NCBI GenBank assembly: GCA_965230295.1
Contig: OZ246001.1
Location: 2,624,001 to 2,688,000, forward strand
From: Marinicella sp.
Lineage (GTDB): Bacteria; Pseudomonadota; Gammaproteobacteria; Xanthomonadales; Marinicellaceae
Length of the DNA: 64,000 nt
Reading direction: 5' to 3'
Shown: positions 50,885-60,116 of the stretch, piece after piece
Numbering within the stretch: position 1 is the first letter of the stretch
How the letters are laid out: every line of letters begins with the position of its first letter
Made by a program: the position numbers and the translations under genes
The notes under the pieces: model-generated
Seen by the model: only the letters and a program-made list of their open reading frames with translations
Told to the model about the DNA's origin: nothing
Databases searched by the model: none

Positions 50885-53284
50885 TTACTGTTTAATGACG
50901 AATTGAGAATCGCTGAACTTTTGCTTGGCTTTGGTTTTATCGTAATGAATGATGGCTTTTCCCATCATTGGGTTCTTGATGGTGGTTTTCATAGGAACCC
51001 GCAGTCCGTGACGCTTTTTATAGTTTGCATACTCAATGGTGATGGGAACAGGGCCAGTTATCGGATTAAGCAGTTTGGTTTTTAATTTCAGTATATCCCC
51101 CGTTTTGGCATCAATATACCAGGTTCTTGATGGCAGTTCTTTGGTCTTGGTTTTTAATACATAGACTGCACTGCCATTGATTTCATTTTCTCCTATGACC
51201 TTTATGCTGTCGGCATGTTGACGCAAATCGATGACCACAGCAGGGTGGTCCATTCTGATTTGTTTGAGGTACTTACCTTTGAATTCAGTATATGGATTGA
51301 TGCCAGTGGTGGCAGCCGTTTCACTGTTGGCTGCAATTAATATCTCACCAAAAATGCCAAAATCCATGTGCTGGCTGTAGCTTTTATCCGCATCAAACAG
51401 GGTGGTGACTTTGCCTTTAAGCCCAGAATTCAACATATTGATCTCTCCGGTAAATACGAAGCCGCTTTTTTTCTTTAAGGCTTTCATGCGTTGTTTACTC
51501 TTCATCAATTTCATGATGTCGTCAACCGAAGGCAATGATTGAGCCGTGTTGTCTGATAATTTTGCTGCGGTATCAACGATTTTTTCTTTGTCACGATATA
51601 AAACCACTTGTGTGATTGCGCCCATGTCATCGGTTTCAAATTTTGCACTCATGTCTGATTTGATTCTGAATTGTCTAAAGCCATCTTCATCAGGCAAATG
51701 TAGCTCAAATGCCATTTGATTGGGCACATCCAAGGTCAATCGATGGTTTTGGATCAGCGCTTTGATTGGACCGTTGAATGTTTTAGATTGGTATTGTCCT
51801 AAGTAAGGTTGCAACTCACTGGCATCAATCTCAGGTTCAATAACCACGCCTTTTTTGGGTAACTCAAAGTCCAATCTATTTTGGTGCATGCGCATGGCTG
51901 CAATACCGCCATTTTCATCGCGATCAAATGACACCGAGATGGTGTCAGTCATGGTGAAGTACCACAAGCCATCAGCATCAGGGTCTTTCAACTCATACAC
52001 CATTTGACCAGGCACATCCACAGCCGGCTTGCCATTCTCTTTGATTAAAAAGGTAAAAATACTGTCTTTAAATGAAGCAAAATTGGCGTGGTATTCGCCC
52101 ACGAATTCATCGTAGCCCACTTGACTGCGGTCATCCGCAGTTGAGACTTTGTCATCCTGAGCTGTTGCCAAATGGTCCCAAACCAGGTTGATTGATTCTT
52201 GTTGTAATGGGGTGGCTGTGACATTGGTCAACAAGACAAAACCCAAATCAGATTCAGGCAATAAAGCCACTTGCGCCCCATAGCCATCAATGTTACCCCC
52301 ATGTTCGACTACTGGTTGATCCTGCCAGGGGCGTAAGAACCAACCCATGCCATAGTTCATCTCACCGGAAATGTTGATGGCTGGTTCCCAAGTGGCATGA
52401 AGTTGTTCTTTTGAAATCAGTTGTTTGCCATCGTGATTTCCATCATTGAGTAACACCTTGACCCACTGTGCCATATCCTTAACATTCGAATAGATACCAC
52501 CTGCAGGTGCCACATTATTCAGGTTGCGACGTGGCATCAGGTCATGTGTTTCGGTTTCATCGTTCCACTGATAACCCAATGAGATGTTTTCATTGGATTC
52601 GGCCGTTTCATGAATTGATGTGGAGTCAGTCATACCCAGTGGCTGTAGAATTGTTTGTGCTAAAACATCATCCCAGCTGCTGCCTGCTAAATTTGCAATC
52701 ACTTCGCCGGCTGCCAGATACATGACATTGTTATAGTGAAAACTCTTTCTGAATTCGTCCCAAGGTTCGGCATGGGTTGCTGTTTCCAGTATCAATTCCC
52801 GGCTGGCTTGTCCATTGGCCCACAACAAATCATTGCGGGTATAACCGGATCGGTGAGACAAAGCATCTCTTAATGTGACTGGTAAATGCGCTCCATCTAC
52901 AGTGAATTGATAGGCTGGCAAGTAGGAAGCAACTTCGTCATCCCAATTCAGTTTGCCCTCATCAACCATCATCGCTGTCATGATCGCTGTAAATGACTTG
53001 GATGAGGAGCCAATGGCAAACAGCGTATCCGGTGTGGCGGGAGTCTGATTTTCCAGATCCATCACCCCAAACCCTTGGCTCAGAATGACTTGATCTCCCT
53101 TAACCACCGCAATGGCCATGCCGGGAATGTGATGTTCTATGCGTTTGGCTTCTAATGTATCAACCAATTTTTTGATTGAATCTTCTGATGGTCCAGCGAT
53201 GGCGTATGCAGGTAGCACCAGCATCAGCACCATGCTCAGCAAAATTAAGATGACGCGAATAAAATTTTTAATTTTCATTTCCAT
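50885..53284 (-). CDS. Secreted serine hydrolase (beta-lactamase class C/PBP fold) with duplicated C-terminal domains
   Basis: SxxK (GSSSKSF), YxN (FHYNN), HGG; signal peptide; RBS CAGGAG before ATG 53284. Confidence 0.88.
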   Translation of the reverse strand: MEMKIKNFIRVILILLSMVLMLVLPAYAIAGPSEDSIKKLVDTLEAKRIEHHIPGMAIAVVKGDQVILSQGFGVMDLENQTPATPDTLFAIGSSSKSFTAIMTAMMVDEGKLNWDDEVASYLPAYQFTVDGAHLPVTLRDALSHRSGYTRNDLLWANGQASRELILETATHAEPWDEFRKSFHYNNVMYLAAGEVIANLAGSSWDDVLAQTILQPLGMTDSTSIHETAESNENISLGYQWNDETETHDLMPRRNLNNVAPAGGIYSNVKDMAQWVKVLLNDGNHDGKQLISKEQLHATWEPAINISGEMNYGMGWFLRPWQDQPVVEHGGNIDGYGAQVALLPESDLGFVLLTNVTATPLQQESINLVWDHLATAQDDKVSTADDRSQVGYDEFVGEYHANFASFKDSIFTFLIKENGKPAVDVPGQMVYELKDPDADGLWYFTMTDTISVSFDRDENGGIAAMRMHQNRLDFELPKKGVVIEPEIDASELQPYLGQYQSKTFNGPIKALIQNHRLTLDVPNQMAFELHLPDEDGFRQFRIKSDMSAKFETDDMGAITQVVLYRDKEKIVDTAAKLSDNTAQSLPSVDDIMKLMKSKQRMKALKKKSGFVFTGEINMLNSGLKGKVTTLFDADKSYSQHMDFGIFGEILIAANSETAATTGINPYTEFKGKYLKQIRMDHPAVVIDLRQHADSIKVIGENEINGSAVYVLKTKTKELPSRTWYIDAKTGDILKLKTKLLNPITGPVPITIEYANYKKRHGLRVPMKTTIKNPMMGKAIIHYDKTKAKQKFSDSQFVIKQ

Positions 53285-53304
53285 AATAGTTCTCCTGTAA
53301 ATGA

Positions 53305-54159
53305 TCATGTTCTGATTGATTGCTCAGCTTGGTACACGGAGTAATCATCAGGTTCTTGTACATTGGTTTGACTCATGATCAAAGCAATGGTGGTGAAGTA
53401 GAGTGACTGCACAATCAGGTTCCAGTCTCGCATGTCTAATTTGGCCAGCCACATGTTGATGGTCAGGAATAAATTGGCCAATAACCAACCTAAGACCAAT
53501 AATTGACAGACCATGCGTTGTTGTTGAATGCGGTCAGGATGAGATTGGTGCGGGTCGGTTTTTTTGCCTCTTATCTGGGTTTGAATCAACACCAAAAAGA
53601 AAACATTCAGTCCCAGATTGAATAGGATGTTCCAGTACCCGGCGAATCCAGGGAAAGGGTTTTGTGCCATATAAATCACGGTTGCTATGTACCCCAGCAT
53701 GGAGATGAGGATGAAGCCCAACCATGTGATCGTCACATGGTCGGTCAGATTACGCGGTTGCAGTTGTGCAGAACGAACCGGATTGGTGTTCAGTTGACGC
53801 ATCATTTGGTGGTGTTTGATCCCTTGGGTGCCTAAATACAAAAACGGGGTGTACTGCATCAAGAAATACACGGACAGTGCACCCTGATTGTCCCAGCCCA
53901 ACAGTTCAGTTTGGGTGCTCCAATACAAATGGGCCAACATGGCCAAGCCGATTAACATCACCAGCGCATTGAAAGCGATGAACCGGTTCAAGACTTCATG
54001 CATGCGCTGCTGTGACACAGGATACAGCTTAGGATAATCTGCAGGTGGGTGTGCCTGCATTCTGCGGCTTAAACGCTGTCTTACCCACCCAGGAATCAAT
54101 GCCGAGATGGTGACAACTTGCAATAAGAAAACAGCATAAAATAAAGTGGTTTGTTGCAT
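53305..54159 (-). CDS. Multi-pass membrane protein, paralog of 54172-55035
   Basis: About 7 hydrophobic segments; YPKLYP, RSAQLQPR, GKKTDPHQS, DYSVYQA shared with the neighbour. Confidence 0.75.
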   Translation of the reverse strand: MQQTTLFYAVFLLQVVTISALIPGWVRQRLSRRMQAHPPADYPKLYPVSQQRMHEVLNRFIAFNALVMLIGLAMLAHLYWSTQTELLGWDNQGALSVYFLMQYTPFLYLGTQGIKHHQMMRQLNTNPVRSAQLQPRNLTDHVTITWLGFILISMLGYIATVIYMAQNPFPGFAGYWNILFNLGLNVFFLVLIQTQIRGKKTDPHQSHPDRIQQQRMVCQLLVLGWLLANLFLTINMWLAKLDMRDWNLIVQSLYFTTIALIMSQTNVQEPDDYSVYQAEQSIRT

Positions 54160-54171
54160 GATATTCTCCTG

Positions 54172-55035
54172 TTATCCGTTGGTTGGGTTGGCTTTATAGA
54201 CATCAAAATCCATGTCTTTCAAACAGTTGTTGTTGAGCATGAAACCCATTGAAATGATCACCAGCATTTGTAAGAACAGGCTCATCATGATTGGCATCAC
54301 TGATTTCAATTGGTAGGCTTCGACCATCAACGCCAGCATCATGAATACATGGCAAGCGATCAATGTGTAACAGAAAGACTTGATCACCATGCTCACTGTT
54401 TTATGTCGATCATCATTCGATTGATAGGGGTCTTTGACTTTGCCGCCAATCAACCATTTGCTCATGGCATAAAAAAACACGAAGCCAACCACCAAAACGC
54501 CGCACATCGATAATGTTTTGGTGCTTGAATTCAAGGTTTGGTTCTCGATGATCAGGCCTAAGATCATGAATGCCAGGAACGTCAAGGGCACCAGACTCAG
54601 TAAATGTGGTGACACATAGTCCAAAATCCCCCTGGGTGTCAGCTGGGCTGTTTTGATGGTTCTTTGGTCTTGCTGTTTCATCAACTTTGCCAAGCGCATG
54701 CCAAACACCTCTAACAACTGGCTTGGAATCATTTGCCACATGAAATAACCCCAGGGTAACAAGGGGTGTACACCTTCTTCACCCACCCATTGGCCTGTAT
54801 AAATGAAGTACAAGATCACCCAGCCCAGGATGAAATTAATGCCATTAAGCCAGCGGTATATGTTCATGTTCCGGGTGAAGAATTCTGAAGACTTGGGGTA
54901 GAGCTTTGGGTGTGTGCTGGCCGGGTAGTTTTCCAAAACATAGGCCGATCGTTTCAGCACACGCCAAGGGAAGTAGGCTGAAAGTAAAATGATTTGTAGG
55001 CTGAATACCACCATGAATAAAGATAATTCAGTCAT
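54172..55035 (-). CDS. Multi-pass membrane protein, paralog of 53305-54159
   Basis: HPKLYP, KTAQLTPR, GKVKDPYQS, DFDVYKA. Confidence 0.75.
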   Translation of the reverse strand: MTELSLFMVVFSLQIILLSAYFPWRVLKRSAYVLENYPASTHPKLYPKSSEFFTRNMNIYRWLNGINFILGWVILYFIYTGQWVGEEGVHPLLPWGYFMWQMIPSQLLEVFGMRLAKLMKQQDQRTIKTAQLTPRGILDYVSPHLLSLVPLTFLAFMILGLIIENQTLNSSTKTLSMCGVLVVGFVFFYAMSKWLIGGKVKDPYQSNDDRHKTVSMVIKSFCYTLIACHVFMMLALMVEAYQLKSVMPIMMSLFLQMLVIISMGFMLNNNCLKDMDFDVYKANPTNG

Positions 55036-55036
55036 G

Positions 55037-55420
55037 TTATGCTCCTGTTAATTGGTTAAGTACATCGGCAAAAGCGATGCGAATTTCTGAATCGGTTACG
55101 CCGGCCTGTTTGAATGCAGTGATGGTTTGAGTCAATTCTTTCATCACCCAGGCATTCAGATCTACCGTACAGTTGTCTTTGGCTTCTGGATGTATAAAGG
55201 TGCCCCGATAACCTTTGGTAACGATCACCGAATCCCGCTCCAGCAAGCGATAGGCTTTGGCCACCGTTTTGTTGTTCATGTCCAGATCATTGGCCAATTG
55301 TCTGATTGAAGGCAGTGGATCGCCTGGTTCAACCTGGTTGCTCTGGACCGCTTGTTTGATCTGCATCACCAGTTGCGAAAACAGGGGTGTTGCACTTTCT
55401 ATGTCGATTGTTATTTCCAT
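55037..55420 (-). CDS. GntR family transcriptional regulator (YtrA subfamily)
   Basis: 127 aa; PLFSQL, PGDPLPSIRQLA, TVAKAYRLLE, GYRGTFI; short C-terminal helix. Confidence 0.92.
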   Translation of the reverse strand: MEITIDIESATPLFSQLVMQIKQAVQSNQVEPGDPLPSIRQLANDLDMNNKTVAKAYRLLERDSVIVTKGYRGTFIHPEAKDNCTVDLNAWVMKELTQTITAFKQAGVTDSEIRIAFADVLNQLTGA

Positions 55421-55437
55421 CGTTTAGATGTCCCATA

Positions 55438-55483
55438 TGTACCGTGTGTACTAATGGTACAACTGGAACAATATGAAAGTCAA
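55438..55483 (-). promoter_or_regulatory. Promoter with overlapping YtrA-type operator
   Basis: Minus-strand TTGACT-18 nt-TACCAT. Palindrome TGTACC...GGTACA (55438-55461) with a further GTAC repeat overlaps the -10. Confidence 0.7.
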
Positions 55484-55744
55484 GAAGATTTTACGCGCTC
55501 TACACCTGTGGGACTACAACTAAACCTTTTACTTTTCTGCAACTAACCCCTTTATTTTCCAAATAAATCATTTATTTAGCTTCCTCTCGAAATAAGTCTA
55601 AAAAGTATTTTTCAGAAATGAAAAATTCAAAAAAAATTTTAATGGATATTAATAAAAACAACACTTAAAGGATAGGAAAGGTCTGAAATGTTAGATAAAA
55701 GTGGAAAGAATCGAGAAAAAAGTAATATGTAACTAGGTACTGAA

Positions 55745-56422
55745 TTATTTCAATGTCTCACTATCATGAATAGCAGTAACTAATATTACCTCAGTAAAGC
55801 TTACTAAGAATTCAGCTGAAACAAAGAACCTTAATATTTTTCCATTATCTATATATAAGTCATTAGAGTATTCATGGCATATTAAATGCCTTATTGTGAA
55901 TAATTCTTTAATTGATTTTATGAAATCATCTCGATTTTCTCTTAAACTTATTGGATCTTCATCAGTATATAATTCAAATTCGCTACTACATACATGATCA
56001 ATGAAATCAACCTCTAGCAAAGCGCTCATTGCTTTGTTTATATCATCTAGGCTACTGATACTTAAAAAATGTGAAACATAGTCACCTAATGAAATTTCTT
56101 TTTTCTGTATAGCAGCAGCAATATCTAGGTTCAGCTTTACATTACTTAGATTAGTGACTCTTTCAATAAAAGGTGTGCCAGAGTTGATTAGATCTGCAAT
56201 AGCGGATCTAAAATATCCTTCTATTCCTGCAACAATCGCAACTGGATAGTATCGTGATAACTCAGGGTTAATAGTTTTAGATTCTTTTGCTTCTAAACCC
56301 ATCAAAAGTAAGTGTGAATTTCTAACACAGTCAGTTCTTAATATGTATGATTTTAATCTCTCATCACACTCAGATCTGACTTTCTTATCCAGGATTTCTT
56401 GTAATATGTTTCTTTTTGACAT
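55745..56422 (-). CDS. HEPN-like domain protein (putative RNase)
   Basis: C-terminal RxxxxH motif (ELFTIRHLICHE) plus N-terminal helix VAGIEGYFR; AT-rich codon usage. Confidence 0.65.
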   Translation of the reverse strand: MSKRNILQEILDKKVRSECDERLKSYILRTDCVRNSHLLLMGLEAKESKTINPELSRYYPVAIVAGIEGYFRSAIADLINSGTPFIERVTNLSNVKLNLDIAAAIQKKEISLGDYVSHFLSISSLDDINKAMSALLEVDFIDHVCSSEFELYTDEDPISLRENRDDFIKSIKELFTIRHLICHEYSNDLYIDNGKILRFFVSAEFLVSFTEVILVTAIHDSETLK

Positions 56423-56480
56423 AGCTATATAGCATTCAATATAGTTATTTTTAAATTAGATCCCTAAAAAGGCTTTTTAA

Positions 56481-57452
56481 TCATTTAATTGAAAGATCTA
56501 AAATTGATGCTCTGTCTGACTCATTTAGAATTGAATACTTTGCACAATGCATTTCTTCTGGATCAATTGAATCTGAATAAACCTTGATTTTGTGATCAGC
56601 GGTCGATATTGAAGTTGCAAGTCCAGTTACATCCATTTCAAACAAAGAGTTAAGCATCTCGTGTGTTTCTTTAGGGAACGACTTTTTATAAGTATCATTA
56701 TATACAGGTTTGAAATATCGAATTAAGGATGCTTCAACAAGGTCGATCCTATTTTTACGAGTGTATTTGGCTTCTAGAAGATCAAACAATCTATTCTCAT
56801 TTGACTCAAAGCTAAAAGTTGGTTGTACAATTCCTCCTGCATAAATGAAGTTTTTATATTCGAGAAAATCGTAAAGCAATATTAAAACTTCTTGATCAGG
56901 ATAATCGTTATTGATATCAGCTAACACTTTTTGAAGAGATCCATGTCCTTGCTTTCCTGTTCTTCCTATGAGGCGTTTAATGGCATTAGAACTACCATTT
57001 TTTCCGAATGATTGTCCTATATATTCTATTTTTAGATTTACAAACTCATCTAGCTTGTGATCAGAATGAGTGATAACGTCTTGAAGACGAATATACTGGG
57101 GTGTTTTATAGCTAGCTAATTTTAAACAAAGAACATTGAATGGATATTCCACTTCATAAATTTGTAAAACCTTTTCATCATATGGAAGTTTAAATTTAAA
57201 TGGTCTAGTATCAATTGTGAATTTATTGTGAACTAAAAAATTACCTGTTAATTCATTGCTACACTTAGAAATTTTAAGTGATGGTTGATCAAAAGAAATG
57301 CGGTTTCTTGTGGATACTAAATAAATATTATGATTTACAAGTATTTTAGAAATCTCTTCATCTAGTTTATAAAGTTCAGCTGGTTTGAATATATAAGGTT
57401 CAGCTGAGAATAATTCCAGCAAACCTTCAACTGCGTGTTTTCTAATTTTCAT
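56481..57452 (-). CDS. GIY-YIG-like nuclease domain protein
   Basis: EYIGQS, KRL..HGSLQ and EASLIRYFKPVYN match the YIG / R / H / E / PxYN order of the GIY-YIG superfamily; AT-rich. Confidence 0.55.
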   Translation of the reverse strand: MKIRKHAVEGLLELFSAEPYIFKPAELYKLDEEISKILVNHNIYLVSTRNRISFDQPSLKISKCSNELTGNFLVHNKFTIDTRPFKFKLPYDEKVLQIYEVEYPFNVLCLKLASYKTPQYIRLQDVITHSDHKLDEFVNLKIEYIGQSFGKNGSSNAIKRLIGRTGKQGHGSLQKVLADINNDYPDQEVLILLYDFLEYKNFIYAGGIVQPTFSFESNENRLFDLLEAKYTRKNRIDLVEASLIRYFKPVYNDTYKKSFPKETHEMLNSLFEMDVTGLATSISTADHKIKVYSDSIDPEEMHCAKYSILNESDRASILDLSIK

Positions 57453-57573
57453 AATTGTAATTATTATACAATTAATTTGCTAAATATTTAGCTTTCTCTC
57501 AAAGTATGAATTATGAGAATTTTATTTTTATAATCTTCAAGCGGTCTGGCTTAGCTGATTTAAGGAACTAAAC

Positions 57574-57919
57574 ATGTAAAATCTTATAAAAAAACAATAG
57601 AGTCAGACTATATAGATAGTATTGTTGCACGAGAACTTTTAAAGCAATTATTGTCAACCGTTAAACAAATCCCAGGGGCATCTTATTTACAATTAGGGTT
57701 TGTTGCATCTTTTCTGGAAAGCTCATAAAAAATGCCACAGGGATAACACCAAAGCAAATTTTTGAATTAATAATTGTCGTAGAGGCAACTGAAAAAATTG
57801 TTAATGAGATGTCTTTAGAAGACAAAGAAATATATGACTTAATAAAAGCGAATCCAAATTGTCAAATAACAATCATTTCCAGGTTTAGGATAATTTTAAA
57901 GAATCAAATGATTGATTGA
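57574..57919 (+). pseudogene. Possible decayed gene remnant in the AT-rich islet
   Basis: AAGGA RBS then ATG-TAA, followed by two overlapping stop-free frames; the second has 84 sense codons (57665-57919). Confidence 0.35.
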
Positions 57920-58075
57920 ATGAATTTCTAGTTCCATTCATACAAAATGTTTAAAAAGCCCTATTGATAATAGTGGATAGTAATCCAAATATGTATCAAT
58001 TTGTAACAGTTTTGTAATCATAAATAAATCAGCTTTTAATAAGGGAAAACATTGTATGGATCGCTACTATTGATC

Positions 58076-58105
58076 TGAGTTGTGTTTGCCCATCTCTATA
58101 TGGAC
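58076..58105 (+). mobile_element. Possible orphan IS end resembling the left end of the IS at 62795
   Basis: TGAGTTGTGT...ATATGGAC occurs at both 58076 and 62795. Confidence 0.4.
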
Positions 58106-58161
58106 TATCTATAGCTTTGTAATAATTGAGGCAATCTGTAATGAATAAACAGGAGTTGATA

Positions 58162-59586
58162 ATGAATAAAAATAAAACCAGTCTTTTGCTTCTTACCTAT
58201 TTAGTTCTTTGTTCGCTAACGAGCAAAGCAGTACAAGTCAGCCCAACCGGCACAGGAGAAGTTCTTATATATCCTTACTACTCTGTTAACAATGGTTTGA
58301 ACACACTTTACTCAGTAGTTAATACCACGCCTGACACAAAGGCAATTAAAGTTCAATTCTTGGAGGGAAATAACGCCGAAGAAACACTTGATTTCAATGT
58401 ATATTTGTCAGCATATGATGTTTGGACTGGGGCTTTAATACCATCAACGTCCAATCAAGCTGACCATTCTGGCGAGCCCTCAGCGACTCATATATCCAAT
58501 GATGCATCGTGTACACCTTTCCTTGTAAAGGATGGCCAGGAGTTTTTGCCTTTTCAAATAGATTATGATGATTTATCGGTTCAACAGGAAAACACCAGTA
58601 TGCAACGAGCCAGAGAAGGACATTTCATCATCATTGAAATGGCTTCATTCAGCCAATCTGGCACGGGTACAAATGTTGTCGATTGGGCCGATCATAGAAA
58701 TGTTGGTGTCCCTGCCAGTTGTGCCGCTATTGTGGGTGATTGGAGTGACAATGGCGAATGGGACTCTGGAGGAGAAGAAAACCCCACAGGGGGGCTGTTT
58801 GGAACAGCATCATTGGTAGATGTAGCACAAGGCATCAGCTACACGTATGATGCATTGGCATTGATTAATTTTTGGCAAGGAAGTGCCTATCATACGGAAC
58901 CTGGCTCATTGGAACCAAATCTGAGCGATGCTTATCCGGAATCAAAAGTGATTTTAGCTTCTGGTGATAATGTAACATCACAATGGAATTCCGGCTATCA
59001 AGCGGTTTCATCTGTATTGATGAGTGCTGAAATCATGAATGAATATGCCCTTGAGACAGCTGTGAATGGTCAAACTGAATGGGTGGTCAGTTTTCCTACC
59101 AAGAGGCACCATTTAGAGGGTGAAATAAGAGCGCCATTTTTCAATGATTGGGATGGAATGGATGCATGTGAGGGAGTGGCAATACAACTTTTGGACAGAA
59201 ATCAATACCACCACATATTTAATACTATCTGTCCTATATTTTGTGGCCTAATTGACCCCAGACCTCAGTTATGTCAGTCAAGTACTGTCGTTGAATTTTT
59301 TCTTCCACGATCACTGACAAGTGATGAGTCCAGAGTACTTGGATCAAATAATTTGCTTCAACTAGAGTCACCACATGGTGATAACACCACTGAGAGTGGA
59401 TGGGCGAAGATTGATTTTGTTGATGACGAACATCAGATGGCATCATTAGAAGGTCATGTGTTCCATGGGCTACCCGCATTGGGTTTTTCAGTTCAAAAAT
59501 ACACCAACTCTCAAGCACAAGCTGGATTATTGGCACAGTATGGGGGGCTCTTTAAACATAAACACACCCTAAGAATTGAGCAGTAA
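58162..59586 (+). CDS. Secreted cell-surface (S-layer-like) protein
   Basis: Signal peptide; GTGEVLIYPYYSV, VVNTT, DFNVYLSAYDVW, TEWVVSFPTK, GLPALGF motifs; RBS AGGAG before ATG 58162. Confidence 0.6.
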   Translation: MNKNKTSLLLLTYLVLCSLTSKAVQVSPTGTGEVLIYPYYSVNNGLNTLYSVVNTTPDTKAIKVQFLEGNNAEETLDFNVYLSAYDVWTGALIPSTSNQADHSGEPSATHISNDASCTPFLVKDGQEFLPFQIDYDDLSVQQENTSMQRAREGHFIIIEMASFSQSGTGTNVVDWADHRNVGVPASCAAIVGDWSDNGEWDSGGEENPTGGLFGTASLVDVAQGISYTYDALALINFWQGSAYHTEPGSLEPNLSDAYPESKVILASGDNVTSQWNSGYQAVSSVLMSAEIMNEYALETAVNGQTEWVVSFPTKRHHLEGEIRAPFFNDWDGMDACEGVAIQLLDRNQYHHIFNTICPIFCGLIDPRPQLCQSSTVVEFFLPRSLTSDESRVLGSNNLLQLESPHGDNTTESGWAKIDFVDDEHQMASLEGHVFHGLPALGFSVQKYTNSQAQAGLLAQYGGLFKHKHTLRIEQ

Positions 59587-60116
59587 TGGATGGTCGGATG
59601 TAATTCCTGGCAAATCTTTCAAAACATACAATTTAAAATCCTCTCGAGCCATGGCTTGATAATGGATTTATTTCTTATTGTAAGGGTAGTTACCACATAG
59701 CTACATAAAGGGCCAACTTTTAACAATTAAAGAGGCATTGCCCCCTATTAGTTAGCAAGGACGTATCAACCTAAGATGATCAACAGTGCTTGAGCATGCA
59801 CATTTCCGAACAAAAAGATCAGCGCTAAATCAGGTTTTGATCAGGACTTTATTGTGATGTTATTTGATAATTTACAGTAAGGAGCCATGCACGAAATCTA
59901 TACGCTATACCGTTGCATGACTCTTTAGCTGGAAAGCACGGGTGGCGGAGTTTTTGCTCAAGCCCTATTCTACCCCGTCTCCCTTGTTTCCCACGCTTGT
60001 AGGGCTCTGATTTCAAAAACAACAATGTGTTATTCAGAACAAATGCCTGTCTTTACAACTATATGGTCATTACCCTTGATAAAGAGGTATGCGCCCTGAA
60101 CCTAAGGAATATAAAG

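Noticed and set aside
59817-59850. ISAKSGFDQD as a relic third IFxDGFE tag
   Set aside because: Similarity too weak and no upstream reading frame.
59930-60010. GC-richer patch with TTCCCACGCT, reminiscent of a REP half-site
   Set aside because: No convincing complementary arm or second copy in the window.
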